Part shown: positions 13,901 through 25,900 of the stretch, piece after piece
How the letters are laid out: every line of letters begins with the position of its first letter
How positions within the stretch are numbered: the first letter of the stretch is position 1
Assembly (NCBI GenBank): GCA_964187785.1
Contig: OZ076417.1
Span: 25,110,001 to 25,174,000, forward strand
Length of the DNA stretch: 64,000 bases
Reading direction: 5' to 3'
From: Amphiscolops sp. MND2022
Lineage: Eukaryota
The notes under the pieces: generated by a model
What the model was told of the DNA's origin: nothing
The model's database searches: none
What the model saw: the letters and a program-made list of their open reading frames with translations, nothing else
Made by a program: the position numbers and the translations under genes

Positions 13901-16900
13901 CAAAACGTGTTTCGAAGCGCTAAGGATTTGTTTTTGAAACGCAAACAAAATAAGTCACACAGTGCCCGAAAGAAAACCATATATTGCTTTTTAATACAAA
14001 TAAATATCTTAGAAAATGAAAGGCAGGGCCCTTTGCATCATTTTGGCATTTTGAATACGAATCATTTTTGAACACGAAGTATTCACGTTACAATACCTTA
14101 ATGGCAAGGAAAAGTGAATGCTTAGTGTCCAGACATCGAGACAACTACAATTCACTTTTATTTCATTCAGGCTAAATCCCCGCAAGTAGTTAAGATTTCC
14201 GCCGGCCTTTCAACGGGGGGGTCCTCGGTTTTCACGGGGTGGGTCCTTGCTCTGAAATTTTAGGACCTATCCCTAAAAGGAAGGGGTCCTTCCAAATTGG
14301 TGTTCGGAAATACTTCGGCTTTTGACTACGAAAGTAAATTATTGGTCGGATTCTTTTTGTATTCGTTTTTTGGATTCTTTTTGTATTCGTTTTTGGAATC
14401 GGATTTTTGCGAAAGTACATGTAAAAGCGTAGACACTCTTGTTTATTCTATGAATGTCTGAAAGTTTGGAAAGTACTAATCTTGAAATTTTGTTGTAATT
14501 GAATTGTAAAGCTGGATTGACTAATACTGGTACAACTTTCTTGTAAATAAAGGGAGTGGTATTTCCAACTTTCTTATCTGTATGAACACTTAATATTATT
14601 AGGAATAGTAATATGCGTTCCTCCAAATGTAGTGGTAGCGGTGTTCTTATTTCTACCTGTAAAATATCTTAACTTCCCAACAAATTCGTTTTGAATCTAC
14701 ATGTTGTTGCTAACCCCTGACCTACCCAAGTTAAATTTAATATAACTGTAAACCACCATTCTTCGTTTCAACTCTTGTTTGAAAACAAAATGAATTTCAC
14801 AAATTCAAGCTTTATTATGCTGTTAACGTTATACAAAGAAAAATTAGTGAATGATATTACTGTAATTCATTATCAATATAAAATTTGAATTTTTTCTGAG
14901 GAGGGGGACCACGGGTGGGAACTTCCACTGCTTCACAGTCTAAAAATACATTTGGTTGGGTATTGGGTAAGTCTTCTTCGAAATCAGACAACTCTGTTAG
15001 GTCAATAACGTCTGGTAATTCACTTTCTTCTATTGCATCTTGATTAAGTCCAGGGTCGGGTGGGGAAAATAAAGCTGGTTGGTTGGAGTTTGACTGTATC
15101 GGTGACTGAATAAAGTCCTCCTCCTCGTCCCCCCAATCGCAATCCGCCCCAATTTCTCTGAATATTACGTCGTCTCGCAAAGAATAATGTCCAAAAGGTA
15201 AGGTATCAACGCCGTTTGGCATTATATATCTTTTATCGTCAAAACAGCTTAGAGAAATTTTTGTCGTCTGCAAGGTAAACAGATTATGTCTTTCACTATT
15301 TATTGTGTAGTTTAATGTTCTAAGTAGTGTTTCTTTTTCGAGAATTCGATAAAATACAGAGTGTTGTAGGTTCTTTTGTGCATGTTTGGTGGTTCCTTTT
15401 GCAGAAATTTTTTGTTGATCACCCATCGCGATTGAATACAATTTTGATTTTAGTGCAACAATGCTGTGTATGATTTTACCACCAACTTCGTCTTTGAATT
15501 TCAAAGTTTCCAACTTTTGATGTTTGGAATATAGTTGATTATCTTCTTTATAGTTTGAAAAGTCAAACTCTGGGTGCACTTGTTCGTTTTCTTTGAGGTC
15601 AGCGTATATGTCTTCCGATTCGATTTCATAAATTAGGGAATCTGTATCGGAGTAGAGCACTAATGTTCGGAAGTTTGGTTTCATGTACATGTAATGAAAC
15701 CAGTACATATGTCGTTTAGATAAATCCAAGATGGTAGCGCCGACTATCGTTGGCTTGTCCCAGTAAATTTTGCCCTGTGCAAACGTTATGGCAGCCAACT
15801 GGTTGTTGAAAATCTTGAACGTTTTCATCCACATTTTGCTTGTTTGCTTTTGCAACTCATCTTGCGTGCGGACAATCTCAATGGACAATCGTTTTCTTTT
15901 ACTTTCCATGGTTTTACAAAAAGCAGAGTTGCTCATTAGTTTGAAAAAGTTTTCTTCAAACTTGTTTGTAGACGCTTTTCGTTTCATTGTGTTTAACTGT
16001 ATATATGGCTGAAGCCATTTTGACTGTTCAAATTGCAACACTCTATGTACTTTGGTAACTTGTAACCCCAGTTCACAGTATAATTTCAATGTCATGTAAT
16101 GTATAGTATAATTGGTTTTGTCGTAGAGTGTTTGGATCAACTTTTTGTTTTTTGTTGAAAAGGTCTTTGTTCCACTCATTTCCAGCAATCGTGTTTGATA
16201 TTCACCGAGCCAAAAAAAATTAATTGTTTCCTTCGTAGGAGCCAAAGGGAAATCAGTGTGTAAATCGTGCAAATGATCAGGATAATGCAAGTCAACTTCC
16301 AATACATATCCAACTGGTGAGTCATTTGGAGTATTTAGTATTTCTTGTGGGTCAACTTCGCCTTCTCTTTTCAATACAAAGTTTTTTAAAGGCAAGGGGA
16401 ACTTTTCCATGATTCCTCCATACAAGTTGTTTGCATCAATAAACAACCCAAATGTTTGCTTCTGTGAAGAGTTGTATGTTGGTAGATATTTGTTATTTGC
16501 TTCAAATTTGCGTTTTGCAAACACGGAAGAAATTCCTCCGCGGATTAGGTTTTCAGCAACTTCAAGGTGTTCTCGATTAGTTAGTAATTCGATATCTGCG
16601 TTGCACACTTTAAGGAAGGCTTCACCGGACAAATTTGACGCGGTATAAAAATGAGCACAATCCAGTCCGTAAGTTGCATAACACACTTTTCTAAACTCTT
16701 CGAATACCGAGGCCAAAATCAAAACATCGGTGTGTAAATATAAATCGTGATAGTGACCTAGTGTTTTGCAATCAAACTCTTGGTATACAAGACTAGCATG
16801 TTGTAAATCCTGATCACTAATTGTGACTTCACCCCCTGCGAGAGTGTTTTTCCAAAACTCTTTTGGGGGAAGCTTTTCCTCGGCAAATTTATCGAAACTG

Positions 16901-19900
16901 TCCATGTATGAATAGGGATAAACACCTTTCCTTTTCAGCAAGTCAATTTGCGACGGTGTTTTGTATGTATTGAATTGACTCTCCAGATAAATGAATTTAT
17001 CCTGTGGTAAGAAACCCGCCAGTTTATCTAGTGACTGGGGCATGAACTTGAAAGAGTCCAAGAATCGCATGTCTTCATATACATTTTTTGTCATTCCATT
17101 CTTGTCAGTATATGAGTTTACCCACACAGAAAATGTGAAGGAAATGTACTTTTCGTCAGTTGTAGGTATAACTGAAAACTTGTTCTTTGGATTACAATTG
17201 TTGATTGCCGAACAAATGTGGTGTATATTGTGTAACTATTTATATGTTTTCAGATAAGTTTTGTATCTTTGTATTTGGTGGGGTTTTGCGTAATTCAAGT
17301 ATCCGTACAAACACGGTTTTTACATGGTAGCAGGATGACCAAAGACTCCAAAACCCCACCAGAATGGACCTCTGACATGAGTTACGAAATTTGGAAATCT
17401 GAAGTTGAAATTTGGGATGCTGCGACCACTATCAGTGACTCAAGAAAAGCACCAACGGTGGCATTGTCGCTTACTGGGGCTAAGCGTGAAATTGCACGGA
17501 ATATACCATTAGAAGAATTGAAGGCCAACGATGGATTGCAGAAATTACTTGATAAGCTAAAAACAAGTTTTGGGCAAGATGAGGATGATAAACTGTTCTT
17601 TGATTATTTACAGTTTGAAAGATTCTCACGTGGAACAAAGTCAATTTCTGATTTCATAACTGAATTCGAAGCCCTTCATAACAGGTTGAAGAAGCACAAA
17701 GTTGAACTTCCGGATGTTTTGCTTGCTTGTAAATTGTTATCAGCAGGTCAATTTGATGATAAGGATACGAAGTTAATTCTCTCTGCAACTTCAAAGCTAT
17801 CCTTTGAAAATGTCAAGGCATCAATGCGGCGTATATTTGCATCAACAGTGAACGCGAAAACACAGAAATCGAACGATTCCACAATTGCTGTCAAAGAGGA
17901 ACCCGCCCAAGAAAATGTCCTATTTGGTAATACCCAGAGTAGATTTCGTTACGGAAATCAAGAAAGAGGTCGCGGGCAAACGAATCGAGGATTCCAAAGA
18001 GGAAGAGGACGCGGAACAAATCCAGTTTTGAAGGATGGACGAGTAACAACTTGCAATTTTTGTGGTTCTCGCTTCCATTTTCAAAAGGACTGCCCGGATA
18101 AGCAATCAGTGGCGTTAGTAGCTGACAACGATTCGGAAGCAGACGAACAATCATACCCCGTAATGATAATGATTACGTCAGCCTTATCGAAGGAAGCTAA
18201 TAAAATGGCTGTTTTGGACAGTGGATGTAGCAAAACAGTCTCTGGGCAAGAATGGATTGACGACTACGTCAAGCACTTGAAGCCTGAAATGCTAAAATTA
18301 GTAAAGAAAACAAAATTTTCCTCATCTGTGACTTTTGGAGGTGGTGAAAAGTGCAACGTTTACGTGCAGTACCATTTACCAATTGTGCTTGGTTCGCATA
18401 TTCGAATTCTAGAGGTAATGAGTATTCCAGGCAAGTTGCCACTATTATTGAGCACTCAGTCTATGAAAAAAGCTGGATTTGTACTCAATTTTATTGAAAA
18501 CACCATTTTAATGGCGGATGGAACAATAATTCATTGCATTGAATCGTCTACCGGGCACATAATGATTGACCTAAAGCAGGAGCAGAACACTTGTCTTCAC
18601 ATGGAAGTCAATAGTAAAGAAATTGACAAGCTGCATAAACAATTTGGTCATTGTAGCGCAGAAAAATTGTCGCAACTTTTGACATCGTCGAAAAGCCAAT
18701 TCAATGAGCGAGACATCAAGGTTACAGTCGAGAGCTGTAAAGTGTGCAGGCAACACGGAAGATCAAGGCCGAAACCTGTAGTATCTCTCCCATTGGCCAC
18801 AAAGACCAACCAAACCATTGCCATTGATCTGCATCAAATAGTTGAATTGGGACCATCCGTTTGGTATATTCATATTATTGACGTTTTTTCCAGATACAGC
18901 ACAGCAACTCTTATTTACAATAAGCATGCAGAGACTATAATTGAGGCAGTACTCCTTAAATGGTGCCTTATCTTCGGTTTTCCTAAATCGTTTCTGACCG
19001 ATAATGGTGGAGAATTTGACAACCATCAGTTCCATGAATTTGCCGAAAAACATGACATAATTGTTAAAACTACTGCAGCGTACTCACCTTGGTCAAACGG
19101 CGTAGTTGAAAGACACAACGCGATAATCACCGAAATGATGAAGAAAATTTTGGCAGATCCAAGTATTAAAGCCAAAAATGAAACCGCTCTTCAAATGGCA
19201 ATCTTTGCGAAAAATTGTTTGATAAACAACGATGGCTTCGCTCCAATACAAATAGTGCTGGGCGAATTACCAAGACTGCCGTCAGTACTTTCGAATCAAC
19301 CTCCCGCATTGGAACCCTCTTCAGTCAGTGAAGCAGTCGCAAACCACCTAAATTGTCTCATTGGAGCACGTAAAGCCTTTCTTGAATGTGAAAACAGTAC
19401 GCGTATTAAGCGTGCCTTGAAAGCTAACATCCGTTCCGACGATGGCCCATTTGAAAATGGGCAGAAAGTCTACTATAAGAGGGACCACGAGCAAGATTGG
19501 CATGGCCCTGGTGTTGTAATTGGTCAAGACGGCTCAGTGGTTTTTGTACGACACGGCGGACGCTTTCAAAAAGTCCACAAAACTAGGATTCGACGAGTAA
19601 ATTGTGAAAATCTGGAGTCACAAAATACCATATCTCCAAAAGAAACAGATATGAAACATGCAACTGAAATGAAGGAACCAGAATCTGACTTATCTACATC
19701 AGACGAGGAGTCCACAAACGTCCCCAGAGACAAGGAATTGCAAAACGACACAACACAGAAAGTTCAAATTGATAAAGCGATTAATCCGGGTCCAGGCAAG
19801 TTGATTAGCTTCAAATCCTCTCAACCAGGTTTTGAAGGGAAGACCATTGAAGCCAAGATCGAAAATAGAGGAGGGAAAGCCACAGGAAAGCACAAAAACT

Positions 19901-22900
19901 GGTGGAACGTCACATATAGTGCACCCCAAGAATTGGCTGGAAACAAAGATTGTATTGACGTCTCAGAATTACAGGAAGCCAGCATAACTAACGTCCTAAT
20001 TGAGAGTTCTGACGAGTTCGCCACTGCCAAACAAGATGAAATGAACAATTGGCTGAAAAATGGAGTTTTTATTGAAGTAAATAACGAGGGACAACGCTTT
20101 ATGACGTGCAGATGGGTGCTGACAGTGAAGCCAAATCGCAAGAAAGCCAGACTCGTGGTTAGAGGTTTTGAGGACCCGGACATGGATTCACTCATTAAAG
20201 ACTCACCGACATGTTCTAGAGATACATTTCGCATTGTTGTGACCATCTGCGCAGCAAAAAATTGGCAATGCCACTCAATGGATATACGAACAGCCTTTTT
20301 ACAAGGTGCTCAACTCAAACGAGACGTCTTTCTATTGCCTCCAATCGAAGCCGGCGTTCAAAACAAGCTATGGAAGTTACAAAAATGTGTTTACGGGCTA
20401 AAAGACGCCGCACGGCATTGGTATGATCGCTTGAAACAAGAAATTATGAAAGCTGGATGCGCCGTTTCAAGGCTAGACCCTTGTCTGTTCTACAAAAAAA
20501 ACGCCCAGTGTGGGCTGATGGGAATTATTGCAACACATGTGGATGATTTCTGGTGGGCAGGAACCTCGGAGTTCGAGGGCAGTGTCATTGAGACGTTAAA
20601 CAGTGTTTTCGAAGTCCGCACACAGGTATCGACCCCTTTCAATCACCTAGGGTTCAATGTATTACAAGGCAAGGACACAATTACTTTGGATTTATCGGAT
20701 TATGTCGAAGAATTGGCCGAATTACCCGTCCCATGTGAAGATTTTGTCAAACTGGATGAAAAAGCAAAGATGAGGTCACTTTTGGGGAAACTGCAGTGGA
20801 TTGGCGGCCAAGCAAGACCGGATTGTTCATATATTTTGAGTCGATTACTCTCCCTCGAAAATTCATGGACGAAAGAACATTTTCTTACTATCAACAAATT
20901 AGTTAGAAGGCTTCGGTATTCAAAAAGGGACTGCCGTCTTGTGTACAACAAGACTCTTGACACAAACAATTGGACGATTATAGTTTTTAGTGATGCATCT
21001 CTGAATAACCTCCCCAACGGAGGTACACAGGCCGGTCACATCATATTTTTGGGGCAACCATTGACATTCCCTTGTTTATTAAATTGGAAGTCGCAAAAAC
21101 TACGTAGAATTGTCCGGAGCACGATTTGTGGGGAGACAATCGCTTGTGTTGACGCTGTAGATGCAGCATACCTTTGCCAATGTCTTCTTAAGGAATTACT
21201 GGATGTAGAAATCCCAATCAAATGTTACACAGACAATAAATCGCTGGTGGAGAACCTCTACTCAACCAAAATTCAACAGGACCGCAGATTAAGAGTAGAA
21301 ATTGCTTATTTACGTGACATGATCGACGGAAAAATCATCGACGAAATAAAATGGGTTCCAACTGTTCAACAATTAGCTGACTGTATGACGAAATTGACTA
21401 ACGCAGCAGCTGACCGATTACAGCAATTTATTAATTCTCCAGCTCCAAAGTGATTTTTTATCTTTTGAATGTGATATTCGATATTTATTGTTAGTCAAAA
21501 CCTACTGTTGCGCAAATGAATTCCAATGTATTTTCATAAGTTGTTTCCGGATATAATATATTGATTTTAATTTGCAAGTTATAACCAGGGAAACACACGT
21601 AAAATAATCCTTATGTTATTTATAATGTATTCATTTTAATTTCTGTAACGCCGTTGTGCAGCTTGATGCGATTAATTGATCAAACGAACGAACACATTTA
21701 AATTAGTGCTGTTAATTCATTTCCTCTTCACTTGGTATAAAGAAACTACCAGCTCACGTTAACCATAACTCATCATCCTTAAACTCGAACAACCATGCCA
21801 TGAATTATTGCAATTTAAAGTTGGAGTGTATGTGTAACTATTTATATGTTTTCAGATAAGTTTTGTATCTTTGTATTTGGTGGGGTTTTGCGTAATTCAA
21901 GTATCCGTACAAACACGGTTTTTACATATATCATATCCAGCCATGTTGTGTGCTATCACGGGGGTGAAGTTTATTGACTTCCTTTGTAGATTACATTCTG
22001 AATGTGCCCACCCTAGGAATGTACCACTGTAATGACAATGGTCCAACACTTTCTGCTCGTCATTCGTGAAAGGTTTTTTACAAATCCAACAATCATTTAC
22101 ATTGTCTTTGTGCGTCGAAGGCTTGCCCTTGTAAATTCGGTGACTTTGTTTTCTATGATAAATGTCTGTTGCCAATTTTTCCAATTCTTTTATTAAATCG
22201 TCCAAGCAATCGGGACCTCGCATGATTCTGTAAGACAAAACTTTATCATTTCCATGTTCTACAATTACAAAAGCATAACCACAAGGCACATGTTTTTCCA
22301 ACTTTACTTGACTGCTAATACTGGGTGAAGGAGCGCATGTAGATAAAGGCACTAGGAGCGCTTCAGTATCAAGGTGAATAACCAGTGGAACAAACCAAAC
22401 TGCTCTTGTATTTTTGAATTGATGTATGTTTTTATGCTCATCGGGTAAAATGATCGCCGCGGCCTCGTTTTCGTAACAGTTGAGCTTGTGTATTTCGAAA
22501 CTCCCGGTTGAACTACAAATATGAAAACAGTTTCTGCAAATTTCATCCCTCGATCTACTTTGTTTATTTTTCAAAAAGTTTACAAAATGTTTCAAATCAG
22601 TAATCAGTACGTAGTGATGAGAACCTCCTTCTGACAACAATAAAAGATCCATGATAAAGTCACTAGGGAATTTAGAGACTCTGAGAGGTAACAAATCTTT
22701 CTTCTCCAATATAAACACATTGACTTGGACTTTGTTGAGTTTTTCGAATCGTTCAAGTTCATGAAACGGCATTGGCATCCGAAAGTTGCCTGCATGCTTT
22801 TTTGCCAGAGGATTATATGTAGGATTATAAGTGCCTGGGTTTGTTTTGCAGCGCCACGAACTTGTTTCAACCAATGGTATGTCTGTGTGCAAGTGGTAAG

Positions 22901-25900
22901 CGGCCGTATAACAATATATAAAGCAATTCTCACCTTCAATGTTCCGAATATTGAGTAGTGAACTACAACCTTGAAGTTCATTTGGAAGTGCGATGTAAGA
23001 GCTACCCCGAATGGGAGAATAGGATGTAAATTTAACAAAAAGGTTTTTAATTTCGGACAAAATCCACCCACTTCCTTGGGATGCAAAAGTAAATAAAGCT
23101 GAAGTAAGTTGTTCTATCAATTGATAATAGTCGTTGTCTGTGATCCCATAAAAGTAAACTGGTTGCAACTTTGTGTTGGTATAAATTGTGATTGTCTCTT
23201 GAGAGTCATCATCAACTTTCGGTTTAACTAACTTCAATTCAGTTGTTAATTGAAATTTCTTGGGTCCATTGCGACATTTTTCTCTAATAAGGTTTTGTAT
23301 TTGATTTTTTTCCTTACAAAGTAGTTCGAATAAATCAATTGATGTGATCCTTCGCTTGAGTTGATACGTTTCCAATGATCCCCAAAAGGCTTTTTCCACC
23401 TGTTGATAACCGGTCATTCTTTCGATGTTGTCATTTTCGCGGGGTGTAAATATTGTTGGTAAACCATGATCATGCTCAAGATGATACGAGTATTTCATAG
23501 CTTCACCGTAAACTATGTTGCAATAAAGGCAATGATTTACTATTATATGTCCATGTTTTTGTAAAAAATGTTGTTTCATCGTATTATGAAATGAAGTATC
23601 ATCATCACCAATTATGGTATCCCGAGAGACTGGATTTCTTTAAATTTTGATTCGACCACCTTTTACGGTATTCCAGGCGCCATGTTTTTTCCAGGAAAAT
23701 TGTATGCATGTTCGACTAACTTTTTTGTTTCCGTATATTGACTGCTGGGCATTATAGGGGGGGAGGAACGGGAATTTTTTTATTTTTTCAAAAAGGTCAA
23801 ATTTTCCATGCACCCCCCTTTTTCGAATTTCATTTTTTCAAAATCGTCTTGCGCACCTACCTGCAAATTTTCAGACCGATCCGACCAACAGTTTTTGAGA
23901 AAATTGACATTTTTTGTCAAAAAATGGCATTTTAAAAAAATGCATTTTTGGTCAAAATCTCAACACTCGGTAAAGCTAGCGCCCTGCGGTTTTCACCAGC
24001 GTTTTCAGCGTCCTCTTTTCTAGTTGTGTGCCAAATTTTGGCTCCGAAACTTTTTTCAATGTTGAGAAATGTTTGTTTTTTTGACCGAAAATGATCAAAA
24101 ATTGAGTTTAAAAAATGTTCAAAATCTCGTAAACTACGCGACTTTTGAAATTTACTCCTGTGGAAAAGTCTTGTAAATTTTTCACAAACTCAACTCTCAA
24201 ATTTGGTTTCTAAACAACTTTGACTGCTTGAACAATCAAATTTCGCCTATAATAGAGGAGTGCAAAGTGAATTTTTCCATTTTTTCAAAAAAATCAAAAT
24301 TTCCATGCACCCCCCTTTTTCGAATTTCATTTTTTCGAAATCGTCTTGCGCACCTACCTGCAAATTTTCAGACCGATCCGACCAACAGTTTTTGAGAAAA
24401 TTGACATTTTTTGTCAAAAAATGGCATTTTAAAAAATGCATTTTTTGGTCAAAATCTCAACACTCGGTAAAGCTAGCGCCCTGCGGTTTTCACCAGCGTT
24501 TTCAGCGTCCTCTTTTCTAGTTGTGTGCCAAATTTTGGCTCCGAAACTTTTTTCAATGTTGAGAAATGTTTGTTTTTTTGACCGAAAATGATCAAAAATT
24601 GAGTTTAAAAAATGTTCAAAATCTCGTAAACTACGCGACTTTTGAAATTTACTCCTATGGAAAAGTCTTGTAAATTTTTCGCAAACTCAACTCTCAAAAA
24701 CGATTTCCTAGGCTACTTTAAACAGAACTCTGCATAAAATGTCTTTAAATTTCGACGTGGTTAGTAAGCTTTTGACAGTATTTGGTTAGATTGGTTAGTA
24801 AGCTTTTGACAGTATTTGTTAGATTGGTTAGAATCGCTTCAAAAGTTTCTTTTCCTGCTGTTTTGCCTTCTTCACTGGTGGTGGCTCCAACGCTGCAGTT
24901 CGAGTACTATCAGGCGTCACAATTTGAGGACTCACTGTTAGATCATCACCATCTTTCGTCTCTTCGTCTTCTGTTGTACAGACCAGAACTTCTGGGGAGA
25001 CTTGTGGTGATGGAGATTCAGGATCATGTTCAACTCCCCAAAAATCTTCAAGTGAATCAACTTCCCTGAAGAAACCCATTTGATTCTCCGTTAATGGAAC
25101 CATTGCGCAGTCGTCTCTACATAGGATGCGTTTGATTTGTATAGGTAGCATTCGTAGGTCACAACGATGAAGACTTTCTATATCCCAGTTAGACGCTGCT
25201 TCACAGTCCACAGAGTCAATCTTTCTCTTTCTTTCCAGAATCGTCTTTTCAGTCGGTTGTTTGCTCAACTTGTGATAGACCATGTTTGGTAACAGAATAT
25301 GTTGCTTTGTTTCCCACCGGTCATTTTCGTCAGACCTCATCTGTTCAATTATTGAGAGCGCTTTTTGAAATTGTGTTTCATAAATGATGAAGCGTTTGCT
25401 TGTAAAATGTGTAAAGACAGTAGCCATAGTTGAATCGTCGACTTGGACAAGACCAACTGTTTGAGCGGTAGCGAATTTATCGAATAACGGCTTGAGTTTT
25501 GAACGCTAGTGAATCTACAGTTTTTTGTTTCTCACGGTGGTCCGATTTCCACATGGTAACAATGTGTTTTGAATTATTACATTGAGTCTATTTTGATTTT
25601 TCAGATGTTTTGAATTTTAACACCAGTGTCGTGGCCTGGGCGTTTGCTGTCTACTTGAAAGATCAACGTGGGTGGCAATGATCTTGATTTATCAGTCGGC
25701 GGTGCAAGCGTTTGTTGTTTACATGAAAGATTAAAGCAGGGTGACCAAACCTTGAACCATAAAAGCCCGCCCACCTCAGACATTGACCTTGCAATATTTA
25801 CCAGGTTCTTCATACTTTTGATTTTGTTTCCAACATTCAGAATGTTCTCTGGTGATTTTACTCTTGCTAAGGACGAGGATTTTGGAGACTATTACTGTGA

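Larger units (their letters stand above)
17229..21926 (+). mobile_element. Intact Ty1/Copia LTR retrotransposon (4698 bp) nested in Polinton polB
   Basis: Identical 96-bp TG...CA LTRs at 17229-17324 and 21831-21926. 5-bp TSD TATAT at 17224-17228 and 21927-21931. PBS TGGTAGCAG. Single gag-pol ORF in PR-IN-RT-RH order. Confidence 0.96.

Noticed and set aside
24759-24830. 33-34-bp direct repeats as a possible CRISPR-like array
   Set aside because: The copies are adjacent with no unique spacers; there are only ~2.2 units, no cas genes, and the context is eukaryotic.
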